From Phoronis australis (lineage: Eukaryota; Animalia; Phoronida), in assembly GCA_002633005.1 (NCBI GenBank), contig NMRA01000085.1, positions 297,915 through 349,375 on the forward strand: a stretch of DNA of 51,461 nt, given 5' to 3'. The translations under genes were made by a program, and so were the position numbers. Of this stretch, positions 37,708 to 49,738 are shown one piece after another. How positions within the stretch are numbered: position 1 is the stretch's first letter; every line of letters starts with the position of its first letter. The notes beneath the pieces are model-generated. The model did not search any database. It was not told where the DNA came from and saw only the letters and a program-made list of their open reading frames with translations.

Positions 37708-38853
37708 CTACATTTGCTCTGACTTCGTCTGAAACTCTTCGCTCTGTTGCACTGCGTGTGCGCCTTTAGCAGACTTACGCAGACACGACAGGAATATTCC
37801 ACCAAAGGTTTCTCGAAACACCGAACTCATGGAGCAATAAAGGACAAAATTCAGCGTATAGCTGAGGAGCAGCAGGACGTCAATTGCAATGACAAGTTTC
37901 GCAAATGAAAGCGGGTCAAGTACTGTGATGCCAAGTTGGCTCGAAAGAATAACCACAGAAAGACCGACCCCGTTAGGAATTTCTGCGCAAAGTGCAACGA
38001 CACTGACAGCAACCAGCATGATTGTGATGCGGTTGCCGATAGAATTCAAAGCTTGCTCTTTCGAGTTAGTCTTCTGAACCGAACTTTTCAAATTTGCATG
38101 CCTCTTGTAGCTAATATGTAACTTGTAGATGAGGACGGTGTTAAGAACCAGTAGAAAAATGCTTGGAAGAAAGCTCTGAAATATAGCTCGAATAAGAAAA
38201 ATTGTTGAAAAATAGCTCGTTGGATCAGTTATCCAAGACTCGTACACTTCCACGCATCCTCTCACGAGAACAGAGTCATTTGTTTTCGACGGAATTACGA
38301 CACGATCGAAATGCGAATCCACAAATCTTATGAGGTTAACAGAGATTCCCAGGAAGCAGGCTAAAACTATCAAGATCCCAGTTTTGGTTTTCGTTACTGT
38401 GTAGCTCTTGAAGGGTCTTTGCACAATGTAGAGACGCTGAGCAGCCATTGCAACCGTAAGCCAAACAGAAATCGTATGCGTTGTGGCGGGAGTGTGCATA
38501 AGGGTAAGCTTAAAGGCTGTGCACCACTCGTAGGGAACCCAGTCGATATTGTTAAAGGTGAATATATACATCGAAACTGGCAGGGGTGCCAAGGCTGTAA
38601 GTAAGTCTGCCACTGAAATGGCTGTGAGTAACATGTTGACCGGGTTTATCTTCTTCATCAACACCACGCAAACGGAAACATTGGTAAAGAGAATAAGAGC
38701 GCCGACAGAAGGGAACAGGTAACCGTAGATCGGCTGTTGGAATTCCTGAAACTCTCCGAAGAAAAGAGCGTTCACGGTGCCATTTGAACTGCTGTTCAGA
38801 GCCTTCTTGTAGTTGATACTCAGAGAATCAATTGTATCCTCTTGCTCCGACAT
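37708..38853 (-). CDS. Class A (rhodopsin-like) GPCR, sex-peptide/myoinhibitory-peptide receptor-like, 381 aa
   Basis: Seven hydrophobic segments. Motifs: IYGYLFP..N (TM1), P.N.LL.AIS.ADLL...P.P (TM2), WC (ECL1), HTISVWLTVAMAAQR (TM3), GC (ECL2), PS..L.VLN (TM5), AEIP (TM6), SY.LNFVLYCSMS..FRETF (TM7/H8). N-terminal sequons NSS and NGT. Uninterrupted ORF. Orthology to SPR is not established. Confidence 0.93.
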   Translation of the reverse strand: MSEQEDTIDSLSINYKKALNSSSNGTVNALFFGEFQEFQQPIYGYLFPSVGALILFTNVSVCVVLMKKINPVNMLLTAISVADLLTALAPLPVSMYIFTFNNIDWVPYEWCTAFKLTLMHTPATTHTISVWLTVAMAAQRLYIVQRPFKSYTVTKTKTGILIVLACFLGISVNLIRFVDSHFDRVVIPSKTNDSVLVRGCVEVYESWITDPTSYFSTIFLIRAIFQSFLPSIFLLVLNTVLIYKLHISYKRHANLKSSVQKTNSKEQALNSIGNRITIMLVAVSVVALCAEIPNGVGLSVVILSSQLGITVLDPLSFAKLVIAIDVLLLLSYTLNFVLYCSMSSVFRETFGGIFLSCLRKSAKGAHAVQQSEEFQTKSEQM

Positions 38854-38861
38854 TCCAAATT

Positions 38862-38878
38862 CTGAAACTGTAAGAGTA
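38862..38878 (-). promoter_or_regulatory. Probable splice acceptor of a 5' UTR intron
   Basis: Minus strand TACTCTTACAGTTTCAG|AATTTGGAATG, with the AG ending 8 nt before the GPCR ATG. Confidence 0.55.
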
Positions 38879-39459
38879 TTTCATGACACTCGTCTTATCC
38901 GTGAACAATAGAGACTGAATATCAGAAAGTTAATAACAGAAATATAATTCGCACTAGATTAATTTATATAGTTTAAACAACCAATACGACTACTACGCCT
39001 AAGACCAATTCTTGTGTTGTGTCATTAAATTCTACCACTGCAGGCCCGTAGCAATCGGGGGGGGCACGAGCCCCAAAATTCAGGCGCCTGGGATAAACCG
39101 TGGCAACCGACAAAAGGCGTGGGGTCGGGGACAGTCGAGAAAAGAAAGACTGCGAAATATGGATAAGAGAGAAAATTCAACTGAATATTTAACAAATACA
39201 TGTATGCATCGGTGCATGGTTTACGTTTTGAGGACCTTGGCCAGGACATTGTCGTTAGGGTTTCCGCTTTTGCAACACAGGTCGTCTAATCGCACTTAAG
39301 AACGTGCACGAAATCAATCTTACATATATTTTGAAATATCATAGGAGTTCGAAAAGGTGTGGCTATTAATTATTGGAACTGAGTTATTTAAAAAATCGTC
39401 AGAATTTTGCCTCCTGCAATAGTCAGGGCCCTGACCAAAGGTAGACAAACAGTGGCGTC

Positions 39460-39875
39460 CCTTATATTAATGTTGGGAGTCCTAAAAGAGGAGGCCCTAT
39501 ACTAATAAAGGGCGCTTCACTATTAGGCGGCCTTAAAGTAGGGCTTGCTACAGAGGGCGCTGCTCTGTGGCCGCCTTGAAGCGGGCTGCCCATATAAAAA
39601 TTGACGGCCTCGCTCTTCGGTCGCCTTCGGGCGGAGTCATCTATATTAATATGAAGGCCTCGCCGGTAGGCGGCCGCACAACGGGGCCCTATAGAAGGCC
39701 TCGGTGGAAGGCGGCTGAAGAGCGAGGCTCCTATATCAATGTACATGTTGGAGCGTCTCGCCGGAGGGCGACCGGAGAGCTATTAAAATAGGCGGCCCGC
39801 CCGAAGGAGGTCGAAGAGCAGGGCTCTCTACATTAATACAGGTGGCCTTGGCAGAAGGCGGCCGGAGAACGGCTT
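39460..39875. repeat. GC-rich degenerate minisatellite with units in both orientations
   Basis: Recurring CTATATTAAT-like AT cores alternate with GAAGGCGGCCGAAGAGCGAGGC-like blocks or their reverse complement, at a period of about 40-50 bp. Confidence 0.75.
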
Positions 39876-40059
39876 CATGAATGACAGCAACAATACCTTT
39901 GAAAATAATCAAAATCTGCCTTTGTCTTAATGACGTCAAGGCAGCGACCAATCATTGTGCAGAAGGTAATTTCGGGTAACCAAGCCTCAAATGGCTAACC
40001 AGATCATGGCCATCTTGAGGCGTGGGGACAAGGTTAAGGAAACTGTCTGGTTTCGTGAG

Positions 40060-43000
40060 ATTTTATAAAGTGCAATTATTGTATAACATGACAACTCTGT
40101 TTTTGAAGCGTGAACTGTTTCTCATGACTACCTTTGGCAATTCTTTAAATGTATTTCCAGGGCCCAATTAGTATTTGAGACGAGTTACACACTTTGCGTA
40201 GCAAATCTTGATCGGGAATTTTTAGGCTTCTGAAGTTTCGATGTTTTTGGCAACTGAAGACATCTAGTTTTCTTTAGCGCTATGGTAGATTTGCCGCAAA
40301 TACGAATTATGTTCTTAATCTATGGGGTAAGGAAAAACGTGGCTTGGTGATTTATTTATCGTCAAATATCAGCTATCCATAAATATTTGGAAAGTCTTTC
40401 AAAAAGAGATTTTGACTGCTGGTTCTCCGTTATTGATGGGCACATCGAACTTTTTTACAAATCACTGAAGAAATTTTGAGTTCTAGGTATTTTGTTTGAC
40501 GTATCCGCATGGAGAGTTTCAACTCACATATGAATTATTAGTCGCGATACATTCGATATCAATTACGTGGAAGTCCATTCATTTCAACTTCACGATAACG
40601 TTATAATGTTCTTTCGGGACATATATTAAACGTGTTCAAAGCGTCATCGTAAACAATTTCTCGAATTTTCACGTTTATGTCATAAGCGTCTAATGCAGAA
40701 AAAACAAAAAGAGACCAACCTCCCTCTTCAGCAACTTCCTCTGCGTTCAATAAACAAACATATGCTGTTTTATTCACGGAGAACGTTGTCCTCGAATAGA
40801 CTATCGATCGATAAAACTCTAATTGTTCTTTATAATAATATTAGTCACCAGATCTGTACAAAAACATTGATGCGGGACCACGTGATTGAAAGGCAGGGCT
40901 TGGCCTTGTTGTATGCCGGAGGGGTACCTATGCTGTAGCCAAGCTACTGATCCAGTTTGACGTCTGCATCCAAATACACAACAAAAATTACGTACACACA
41001 TCAAGAAATCAAGTTAATTTTGTGCAGGTTTTTCGCCTTACTGCTCTCTCGCAAAACTGATCAGAACTAAAGTATACAATGCGCTTCCACTTTGTTTCTT
41101 GCACTCACAGCCACGCGTTTACTCGTCTTATACATTTAAATCAATGGACTACTCGAAATTCCTTAAGTGACCCTAGGGAGATAACGGTCCTGCTCTTAGA
41201 AATGTATGAATCCAGGAAGTCCCGTGGTACCGTTAGGTCACGGACGCCCAAATCCTGCAGAACGTTCCGTAGCGTATAGACCTACTTTTGCGAGAAAAAC
41301 AATATCTCGCATGGCTTCGCAAAATCGAAAAGCCGTTGTTTTTTGAGCATGCTCGACAGCTTACTAGCCTATCCCATCAAAATGGCTGCCACTGAAGTGA
41401 CTGACGTTAGGGACTGAATTCGCTATCTCCGTTCCATGAGCGGAGATATTTCGCCACCAGATCACATTAACTTTTTAAATGGGCGACAAGGTAACGCACT
41501 CATTCTGTTCATGATATACATTTTAAAAATGTATATCACGATAGAGAATCCTACATTAAGACTTTCACCAGTCGGGATTGGGTAACTCGACCGGCTTGCG
41601 TACCTCAAAATCTGCCCGCATTAATCAAACAGACCATGAGGTAGTAGTAAATTACATCGCCTCAGTCTGCAGATGCTATCTTTCTCTACATAATCAGACC
41701 CATCATAAACACACTAGGGTCGACAATATTATTCTTAAATTTTCTTTGTGGAAAGTTTTTAAATAGCATGTTTGCATATGTCGTGAAAAGTACACTTGAT
41801 TAGGTTTTTGAATTTTGAAACTCGGACAAATAATGTGACTTTTACAACCTAAAGCGTTTGTTTAATTTTGCCATTTTATGTTCTTCTTTAATTCTACTTG
41901 GTGTGCAACGCAATGGGAGACATTGAGCAAGCAATGAGGCTGATCACGTGACACCGGTGACTCAAATTACTATCCAGCTGTGCCATGATAGATAGACTTC
42001 AATAGTTGGCGGCAGCTAGAAAAATCTAATCAAAACCAAGAACTCTCATTGAAAATATACGTCAATGTCTCGCGTAATCTCGCGAACTCTTGCTTTTCTG
42101 GAGAGGATTACTGAAAGCTTGTGAACTTGTGCATAAAGGGAGAGCCGTGGTGAGCAAAGATGCTAGGATATTTCTCTCATACGAAGACTCAGAGTGCCTA
42201 ATCCAAGAACTCTAAGAATCATGATGTAGTTAGTGTCTTTTGAATAAAATTGGTGTTTTAAAAATAACAAAATACATGTATGTCAGTAAAATTATTAAAA
42301 CGCACTTCCAGTAAGGCATTTCCTGTACACTACTCATGACTAGTCAGTAGCTGTCGCAAGAACAATCCTTCTTAATAGATATTGCTTTCCTAATTATCCT
42401 TTTTCTCGGGATTATTGGGACAAAATGCCAGTTATTCTGAATTTGTTAAGGTAGCATTTCGTGACATTGCTCTGATCATTTTCTCCATTACAAACACTGA
42501 TCTAAATGTTTACCATAATTTGATTACTTCGTTTCTGATGCCATCGAATTCTAAGGAAGTCAATATTTTGTTGATTTCTGGTTGGACGTCTTGATGCTCC
42601 ACTGTCTAAAATGTCTTGAGATTTTCTAGGGCAATTTATCTAAACCGTTGCCAGCGATAACTCTCCTCGATTAAGGAAAAATTCAACAACTGTTCAATTC
42701 ATGTGTATGTTGCGTACAATGTGAAAACAGAACACGAGGCGTTTTTCTCCAAAGTTGGAGACAAACACCCCTTTTATATTCTCATAAAAGAACTTCTGAG
42801 GTACATGTGTGTTGGTTCTTGGAGCGGGGGAGGGGTTTGACTGCGGTTCCTTTACAGTTCTTGAGTAAAATTCAGTTTTGAAATCGCGTTCGATATTGCA
42901 AGTACAGCCTGGGAGCCACATCATGTCTAAATGAATTTGGCTCTGACTCCTCAGGATGACCCCTATTGACAGGTACCGGTAGCTTTCGACGCAGGCCTGA

Positions 43001-43667
43001 TTCCACAAAAATGTTTCATAGAAACAGCAAAATGTAAAATACACATATGCGTGGATAAAAACATACTTAATTTCAGACAGGGATGAGGGTAGTGATATAG
43101 TTTCGCAATATTTGCTGACACATTTATTTCGCGTTACAACTGAAACATAAGAGTTGTTTGACAAGTGGTTGAAATGTCATTACTATGACGAGGGTATCAA
43201 ATTGTAAACGAGGTTTTGATTTTCTTAAGAATGACTGCACAATATTGGCACATTTATTTCGCGTTGCAACTGAAACACAAGAGTTGTTTGACAAGTGGTT
43301 GAAATGTCATTAATATGACGAGGGTATCATATTGTAAACGAGATTCTCTGGTGTAGACTACACCGGAGTGTAAATTTATGTACGCTTGTAAAAGGGATAC
43401 ATATCAGCGGGGCTTTACTTTCACACCTATATCTTGATTGACCTCATCCTTTTCGATGGATAAATTTTAGAAATGATGTCACTACATCAACACCTCAAGG
43501 CGGTTTAGGAATGTTAAGCATGGTATCAGTTTGACGTTTTAGACCCAATGTGACGGCATGTCTGTTCTTATTCACTCTTTCGAAAATAGCACCACAAAAC
43601 CAATACCGAACACGTTCAAATGTGAGGTATATGTACCTCATTGGCGATAAAAATGCATGCTATTCGA
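40060..43667 (+). repeat. Region 5' of the GPCR coding exon; duplicate of 2390-6893
   Basis: See 2390-6893. Homology stops at the A-rich 3' end of the CR1 LINE. Confidence 0.9.
43118..43342 (+). repeat. Near-identical local duplication of about 95 bp
   Basis: CATTTATTTCGCGTT.CAACTGAAACA.AAGAGTTGTTTGACAAGTGGTTGAAATGTCATTA.TATGACGAGGGTATCA.ATTGTAAACGAG at about 43120 and about 43251. Confidence 0.9.
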
Positions 43668-44005
43668 TTTTAATTTTTTAACAGTTACTAATTCATTAAG
43701 ACATACACAAATATATAATACCATAAAATTCAGCCCGGTAAACGCAGTGAGCATTATATCCGGCTTTAGGCAATGAACACACGATAATGAATAAGAGTAT
43801 TAAACTGTTATCATTATGTGCAACAATAAGACAAAAGAGAAAAGTAAAAACTGGCATTGACTAACAATACATCATTACAACAACAGACTATAATAAACAC
43901 ATGATGCGACTGATTTAAGCGCAATAATATTGCTTTCAACACTGAAATAACTTGAACCATTAGTGAAGATATTGGCTTTGTCTAGCAAACTATGGGATTC
44001 ATTAA

Positions 44006-45624
44006 AGGAGAATGCCACCCAAAAAACAACGTAATTTGTATCAATTTAGATCGAGTAGTTCTACTCGACAACGACACATTCGATTGCGTTAGCTGACACC
44101 TGACGGCAGACGAAGGTGTTGAAGTTATCCAATGACGTCATTGGTTTCACACGCAGTCTGTTCAGCAATTCACAACACGGTTTAGTGGTGTCAACTTATC
44201 GCTTGAATTCATCGTTTAACACCAATAAACCATCAAACGATTTCTTATAAAAACATGTTGTTTTATTTCGTTGTTACGAATTTATTGATACACCATAGCC
44301 TACAAAGTTCGGCAGGCCAACTTACCGAGGTCCGTAGCAGGAGTTTGGGGTCTGTTCGGAGACACATTCGAAGTATTCTTCCGTGAAATACAGACAGGAG
44401 AACCTGGATCTGTGTTGTTTAGACTTGCGATTTTTTAGGTCTTAACACACAAAACGCTTGTTATCCCGGCCAGTGGCTCGGAACTCGACCAGGCCGGTCG
44501 CAGCCGCCGGGATTAGCATGAACATAAACCAGCTTGAGTTGGAAACTGAACCTCCAGTCACGAAAAGACTATAATAGTGAGCCAAAAAATAATGTGCACG
44601 TAATTGTTTATGTGAATTAGCCACGAAACTGAAAATCTACTTACTTGTCGGTCCCGCGAAGTCGGGTTCCCCTTCCACAGATCGTCAGGACAAAGATTGT
44701 GCAGCAACAATGATTTGAATAATGTATTTGTATTTCTAAATAAAGGTTTCTCTAACATGTTACCATAGCATATGAAATCGAGTAATTGTTTCATAACAGC
44801 TTTCTGTCAGAAAAATTGAATTAGCATGCGCTCACACGGCCTCGGTGCCGGTCAATTATCTTTATTGCCGGCAACAAAAGCTGGTAACGCAGTGGTTTAT
44901 TCAATGCTAGCTTCTCAAAACATTTGCACTCACGAATACTGCATTGGCATTACAAATTGTATCTAATGAGACAGATTTTTTCAGTTTTATATAAGCATTG
45001 GTTAGAATGAGAATAATTCCTTTTGAAACAGAACGCAGAATAAGAAACGTCTACATGGCAACTCGCCGGGCGTCAATCCTGACTTAATCAAGAGCTCATC
45101 CGACGAAGACTTCACGGGTCGGATCGATAGGTTTCCCAGGCTCTCATTTCGAACCGGAATACACTGATCAAGAAATACTAGAGGCGCCGTGAACATGCAC
45201 AAGCAGCGGAACTTATAGATAGTTGTTTGGTAAGCCGGAATTCGTCACAGAAATCACTGTCGACGAAATGCCGGCCACAGACACGGAGATGTTTCACGGC
45301 CTCATACTTGCTATTAACAGCGAACCTTTCATTTTTCACTACAGCAAGCCACTTCCTAAGCATTTCGGGCTCTCCAGGAAGTCGAAAAAACAATATACCG
45401 CTTTCTTCGCAGCTTCATAATTCAGACAAGCGGAAACAATGCACCGCAATATAGCGGCATTCACTCAGCAGACGAACCACTGACGTCGCTGCGTCGTTTC
45501 TCACCTTCCTCACAGGTTAACGCGACACCTCTCGGCAAGGTGAGGTTGACCGTATAAGAGGCGATGTGGATATAGACCGATTAAGACGGTAAAAAAGACT
45601 AACTAAATCGGGTGGCATTCTCCT
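44006..45624 (+). mobile_element. Kolobok-type non-autonomous DNA transposon, copy 2 (1619 bp)
   Basis: TTAA|AGGAGAATGCCACCC ... GGGTGGCATTCTCCT|TTAA (perfect 15-bp TIR). KolX-like 5' remnant from ATG near 45055. Opposite-strand THAP remnant FRLP..PEMLRKWL.....HLRVCGRHFVDSDF (45178-45450). Confidence 0.92.
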
Positions 45625-47703
45625 TTAAATGTAGAGAACACGTCAGAGTTACTTTCGATGACCTGGAAAAGTCCCTGTCGTTGTTGAAAGTTAATTGGAC
45701 ATTCCAACAGAAAGTGAATTTTAGTCTGAACTTGCCCACAATTGCAAAATGCAGAGACGTCTCTGAAGTTGTGTCGAAATTTATTAAAATAATATTAAGT
45801 TAAAGTCCAGAACGCAGTCTATAGAGAGATATCTCGTGATGTCTAGGAATAGTTTTGAACTTGGCAAGAGGGAATGGTAGATTGGCATGACAGAAGTGAT
45901 TTCAAAGCTTGTTTTGATCATTGAGGGTGAACGGTCGTCTCTTAACTTTAAATGCAGGGTATTCCAATTTTCTATACACACTTGAATTGTTGATCAGGGA
46001 ATCGCCCTGGAATAAGACGGGGGGATTGTGAAAATAATGGTATTCCTAAGGCCAGGCCTTCTGCATTCTCTTTCATATTTGTTAAATATAGGCTTATTAG
46101 ACGCACTGTTTATGTTATTGAGAATTAAATGTGTACATGGTTGTGTTTAGTTTCCTTCGCTCGGAAAGTATAAACCAATTCAGGCTATTGAGAACTTTAT
46201 TTTTTCTGAACCTTCAAATGATCCTGTGACTGAAAGAGCAGCTTGATACAGCAAACGATATAACTGGAGTAGAACACCAGCACTAGCGAATTGTTGGCTA
46301 ATGTCTCCATAGTCAAAGTGGGGTAAGACAATCGCATTTAACAAAACTTCTAGATGCATTGATTTTAGTTGCCTTGATATAAGTTTGATTGGATTCAGCA
46401 ACTTTTGAATCTTAGCACCTAGATCACGACAATGAGCAGTCAAGGAGAAATTGTTCTCAAGAATAATACTTAAGTGTTTATGGGTATACCTTTGCGTATT
46501 CTCCCACTACTAAGTTGTAAATCAAATAATGAATCTACATGCAGTAGTGAGTTTTTGGATGGTGAGAAAATAATGTCCACATTTTGTTCTGCTTGAAAAT
46601 TCACTCGCCTTTGGGCAGCCCACGAAGAATGTCTGTGTAGACAATCTTGTAGTTGTGAATTGTCTTTAGGGAAAGGAAGAAATAAAGAGGAAATATTGTC
46701 GGGAATGTCATTAATGTATAGAAGGAAAAGTAATAGACTTAGAACACTCCCCTTCGGCACACCCGCATTCACACAGCCCGGAAATGAGGACAATGGATAC
46801 ACACCATCAATGTGCTCTTTGTAGATGCGATTATGCAGATAATAGTCCAATTAACTTAAAAGAGTACTAGATATTCCAAACGATCTGAATTTGTAAATGA
46901 TTAGGTCATGTGGGACCATGTCGAAGGCAGAGGCTAAGTGTAGGAAAGCAGACCTGACCGATATTGTAATCATATTTTGTAGTTTTTATTATACTTTCCA
47001 TGTGTTTAGACTGTTCTTTGTATTGAATGAAATGAAGAGAATTGATAGGAGGGACGTATGTATGACATGGTGATCCGATTGGCCGNGGGGGGGCAGAACG
47101 ACCGTGGACGAAATAGAACTGAGGTTGTTGGTAATACACAAGTCAATGCAAGATTGGAAGTTGTGGAGATTCTTGTAGGCTCGTTGATCAGTTGTACAAA
47201 GGCGTTTGTAAATAGTACGTCGAATAGTTCAGTGCCCGCATGATTATCGTGGTCGTCAGGAAACCAGGTATTATTTCGAGCGTTGAAGTCACCGTTTACG
47301 ATGACTGTTCGGTTATATTTAGAAAGTTCAGCAAGTTGTTTCGATAACAGGCTGGAATATGCTTTGCGTTCGACAAAGGACTGAGACAGGGAACGAGCGA
47401 AGAAACCGTGTAATTCGATCCCGCATCTGCATAAAATTTCCCCAATTTTAGGATACAACACCTTATATCTCACAGATTTGTAAATAAACAGTGTTGTACC
47501 TCGGCCATTGTTACTATGATATGCCAATGAATAATCGGTAATAGATTGTTGTCTTGAGTTCGTCACAAGTAATTTTTTCCAAACTTGCATATTGCAACAA
47601 CTTTGTAGTTTCAGTCAGCAACGGTGTTATTAAGCAATTCCAACCTTGCAAAGTCAATAGACTTAAGCCCGTTGATGTTTCTGAAAAGTATATCAAAATT
47701 GTT

Positions 47704-47745
47704 AAGTCCAGGGTTAAATTCAATGTCACCAGATCTAAGGAGAAG
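47704..47745 (-). other. 2A-like (StopGo) motif at the N-terminus of LINE ORF2
   Basis: CTT CTC CTT AGA TCT GGT GAC ATT GAA TTT AAC CCT GGA CTT = LLLRSGDIEFNPG-L. The final Pro of D-x-E-x-NPG-P is Leu (CTT, one base from CCT). Confidence 0.8.
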
Positions 47746-48978
47746 ACCCGAGATGAGAACAATGTCTATTCCTGGTTACAGGATTGGACATAAATTATCA
47801 ACTAGGCAGGTGTAACAAGTAGACAAAAGTGACCAGACGTCATCAGCGACGAAAGGACTCTTCCAGATCCCGGGTGCAACCTTAAAGGAGCATGCCACCC
47901 AAAAAACAACCTAATTTGTATCAGTTTAGATCGAGTAGTTCTCCTCGATAGCGGCACGTACGGTTTCGTTACCTGACACCTGACGGCAGACGGAGGTGAT
48001 GAAATTTTCCATTGACGTCATCGGTTTCACACGCAGTCTGTTCAGCAGTTCACAACACGGGTAACTGGTGTCAGCTTATCGCTTGAATTCATCGTTTAAC
48101 ACCAATAAATGATCAAACTTTGATGTAAAACCCTTAAAAATACACCGAGTTCTTATAAAAACGTGTTGTCTTATTTCACTGTTACGGATTTATTTGGTAT
48201 TTGGACACACCGTAGCCAACAAATTTCGGCAGTCCAATTTACCAAGGTCCGTAGCAGGAGTTCGTGTTCTGTTCGGAGATAAATTCTAAGTATTTTTCCG
48301 TGAAATACAGACAGTAGGACCTAGATCTGTTTTGTTTAGACTTGTGTTTTTTAGTTCTAAACACAAAAAACGCTTGTTATCCCGGCCAGTGTCTCGGAAC
48401 CCGATCAGGCCCGTCGCGGCCGGACTGAAGACATCACGAACATTAACCAGCCAAAGTTGGAAACTAAGCTTGCAGTCAAGAAAATACTATACTAGTGAGC
48501 TAAAGAAGTAATGTGCACGTGATTATTTTGGTGAAGCCACGAAACTGCAAATCTACTTAGGCCTACTCGTCGGGGGCCGTGAATTCAGGTTCCCGTTTGG
48601 CCACAGAACCGCCAGGGCAGAAGTTGTACATTGACAATCATTATTTGAATAATGTATAAGTAAATAAAGATTCCCCTAACACCTGGCCGTGGGATGGAAT
48701 ATCGAGTTATTGTTTCACAACAGATTCCGTCAGCAAACACTGAATTAGCTTGCGCTCACACGGCCTCGGTGTCCGGTCAAATTAGTTTTATTGCACCTAA
48801 AGCCGGTAACGCAGGGATTTATTCATTGCTAGCTTCTCAAATCATTTGCACTCACGACACTCCAAAGGCATTACAAATTGCATCTGATGGGACACACTTT
48901 CTTTCAGTTTTATATATAAGTATTGGTTAGGGTGAGAATAATTCATTTTGAAACAGAACGCTCAGTAATAAACGTCAA

Positions 48979-49401
48979 CATGGCAACTCGCAATCCCGAC
49001 TTGGAGGAGTACTCATCTGACGAAGACTTCCCAGGTAGATCGTTAGTTTTCTCAGGATATCAGTTCGAACCAGAGTACACTGATCAAGAAATATTAGAGA
49101 GGCGCCATGAACGTGCACAAACAATGGAGCACATGGATAGTTCCGAAAACCGTCTCAATGACTTGTCATGGTGTCAGTGCGCTAACTGCACCATAATGGA
49201 AACAACTGACGCTTGCGTTTGTTGCCGCGAAATTCAACATGTGAAACGCCTTCTTGGAGAAGCAGAAATGTGTCTCACGGATCACCCTGATTTTGGACCG
49301 CATCTGAACAGAGGTGTGCTCACGACGTTTTTTAGGGCTGGGAAAAAGAACTGGAGAAAACATCCTACACCCAACGGACCAAACAAAAGCCTGACGAACG
49401 A
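48979..49401 (+). CDS. First exon of a KolX-like accessory protein (P2X7 cytoplasmic ballast-like Cys-rich domain), transposon-encoded and truncated
   Basis: MATRNPDLEEYSSDEDF...GYQFEPEY...ENRL.DLSWCQCANC..M....ACVCCREI.........CLTDHPDF...LN..VL. Ends ACGAACGA|GTAAGT, a consensus splice donor rather than a true stop. AACATGG is the likely start. Confidence 0.75.
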
Positions 49402-49528
49402 GTAAGTCATCAAACAGGTTATACAAGTATAACATGCTCGAACCCAGCCTAAATATAGGGGTGGGCTCGAATTTTTAAGAATGTGCACCTTTTTTCTCGA
49501 ACTTTTTGTTTCTTTGAGGCGGACCTTT

Positions 49529-49738
49529 TTACCCAATTCGCCTATCCACGAAATGCCGGCCACGGACACGGAGATGTTTCACGGCCTCGTACTTGGTATG
49601 AACTCCGTACTTGTCATTTTTCACTGCCGCGAGCCACTTCCGAAGCATTTCGGGCTCTCGAGGAAATCGAAAAAACGATGTACCCGCTTTTCTCGCCTCT
49701 TCATAGTTCGAACAGGCAAGAACGACACACCACACCAT
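49529..49738 (-). pseudogene. N-terminal THAP domain of the Kolobok transposase, truncated
   Basis: MVWCVVLACSN......TSFFRFPREPEMLRKWLAAVK.....HLRVRGRHF. The third Cys is Arg here but Cys in copy 2. Confidence 0.85.

Larger units (their letters stand above)
43668..47881 (-). mobile_element. Decayed CR1-type LINE (2A-like motif, APE endonuclease, RT, C-terminal Cys/His motif), interrupted by Kolobok copy 2; may extend to about 50070
   Basis: LLLRSGDIEFNPG; NINGL; VNGDFNAR..W; QLINEPTR; GVPKGSVLS.LLFLLYINDI; PHFDYGD; WN.L; FRHNF...FCNCG..QTKIHFLLECP...R..LF. The C-terminal frame stays open across the TTAA when 44006-45628 is removed (SDVFSTFNESHSLL..FTNGS..N). Confidence 0.88.

Noticed and set aside
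39460-39875. CRISPR-like alternation of repeats and spacers
   Set aside because: The units are degenerate and occur in both orientations, the intervening parts are themselves repetitive, there are no cas genes, and the context is eukaryotic.
48923-49405. Host P2X7 receptor gene
   Set aside because: Only the Cys-rich cytoplasmic-type domain is present, there is no channel domain, and it lies between TIRs with a TTAA duplication in a three-copy element.
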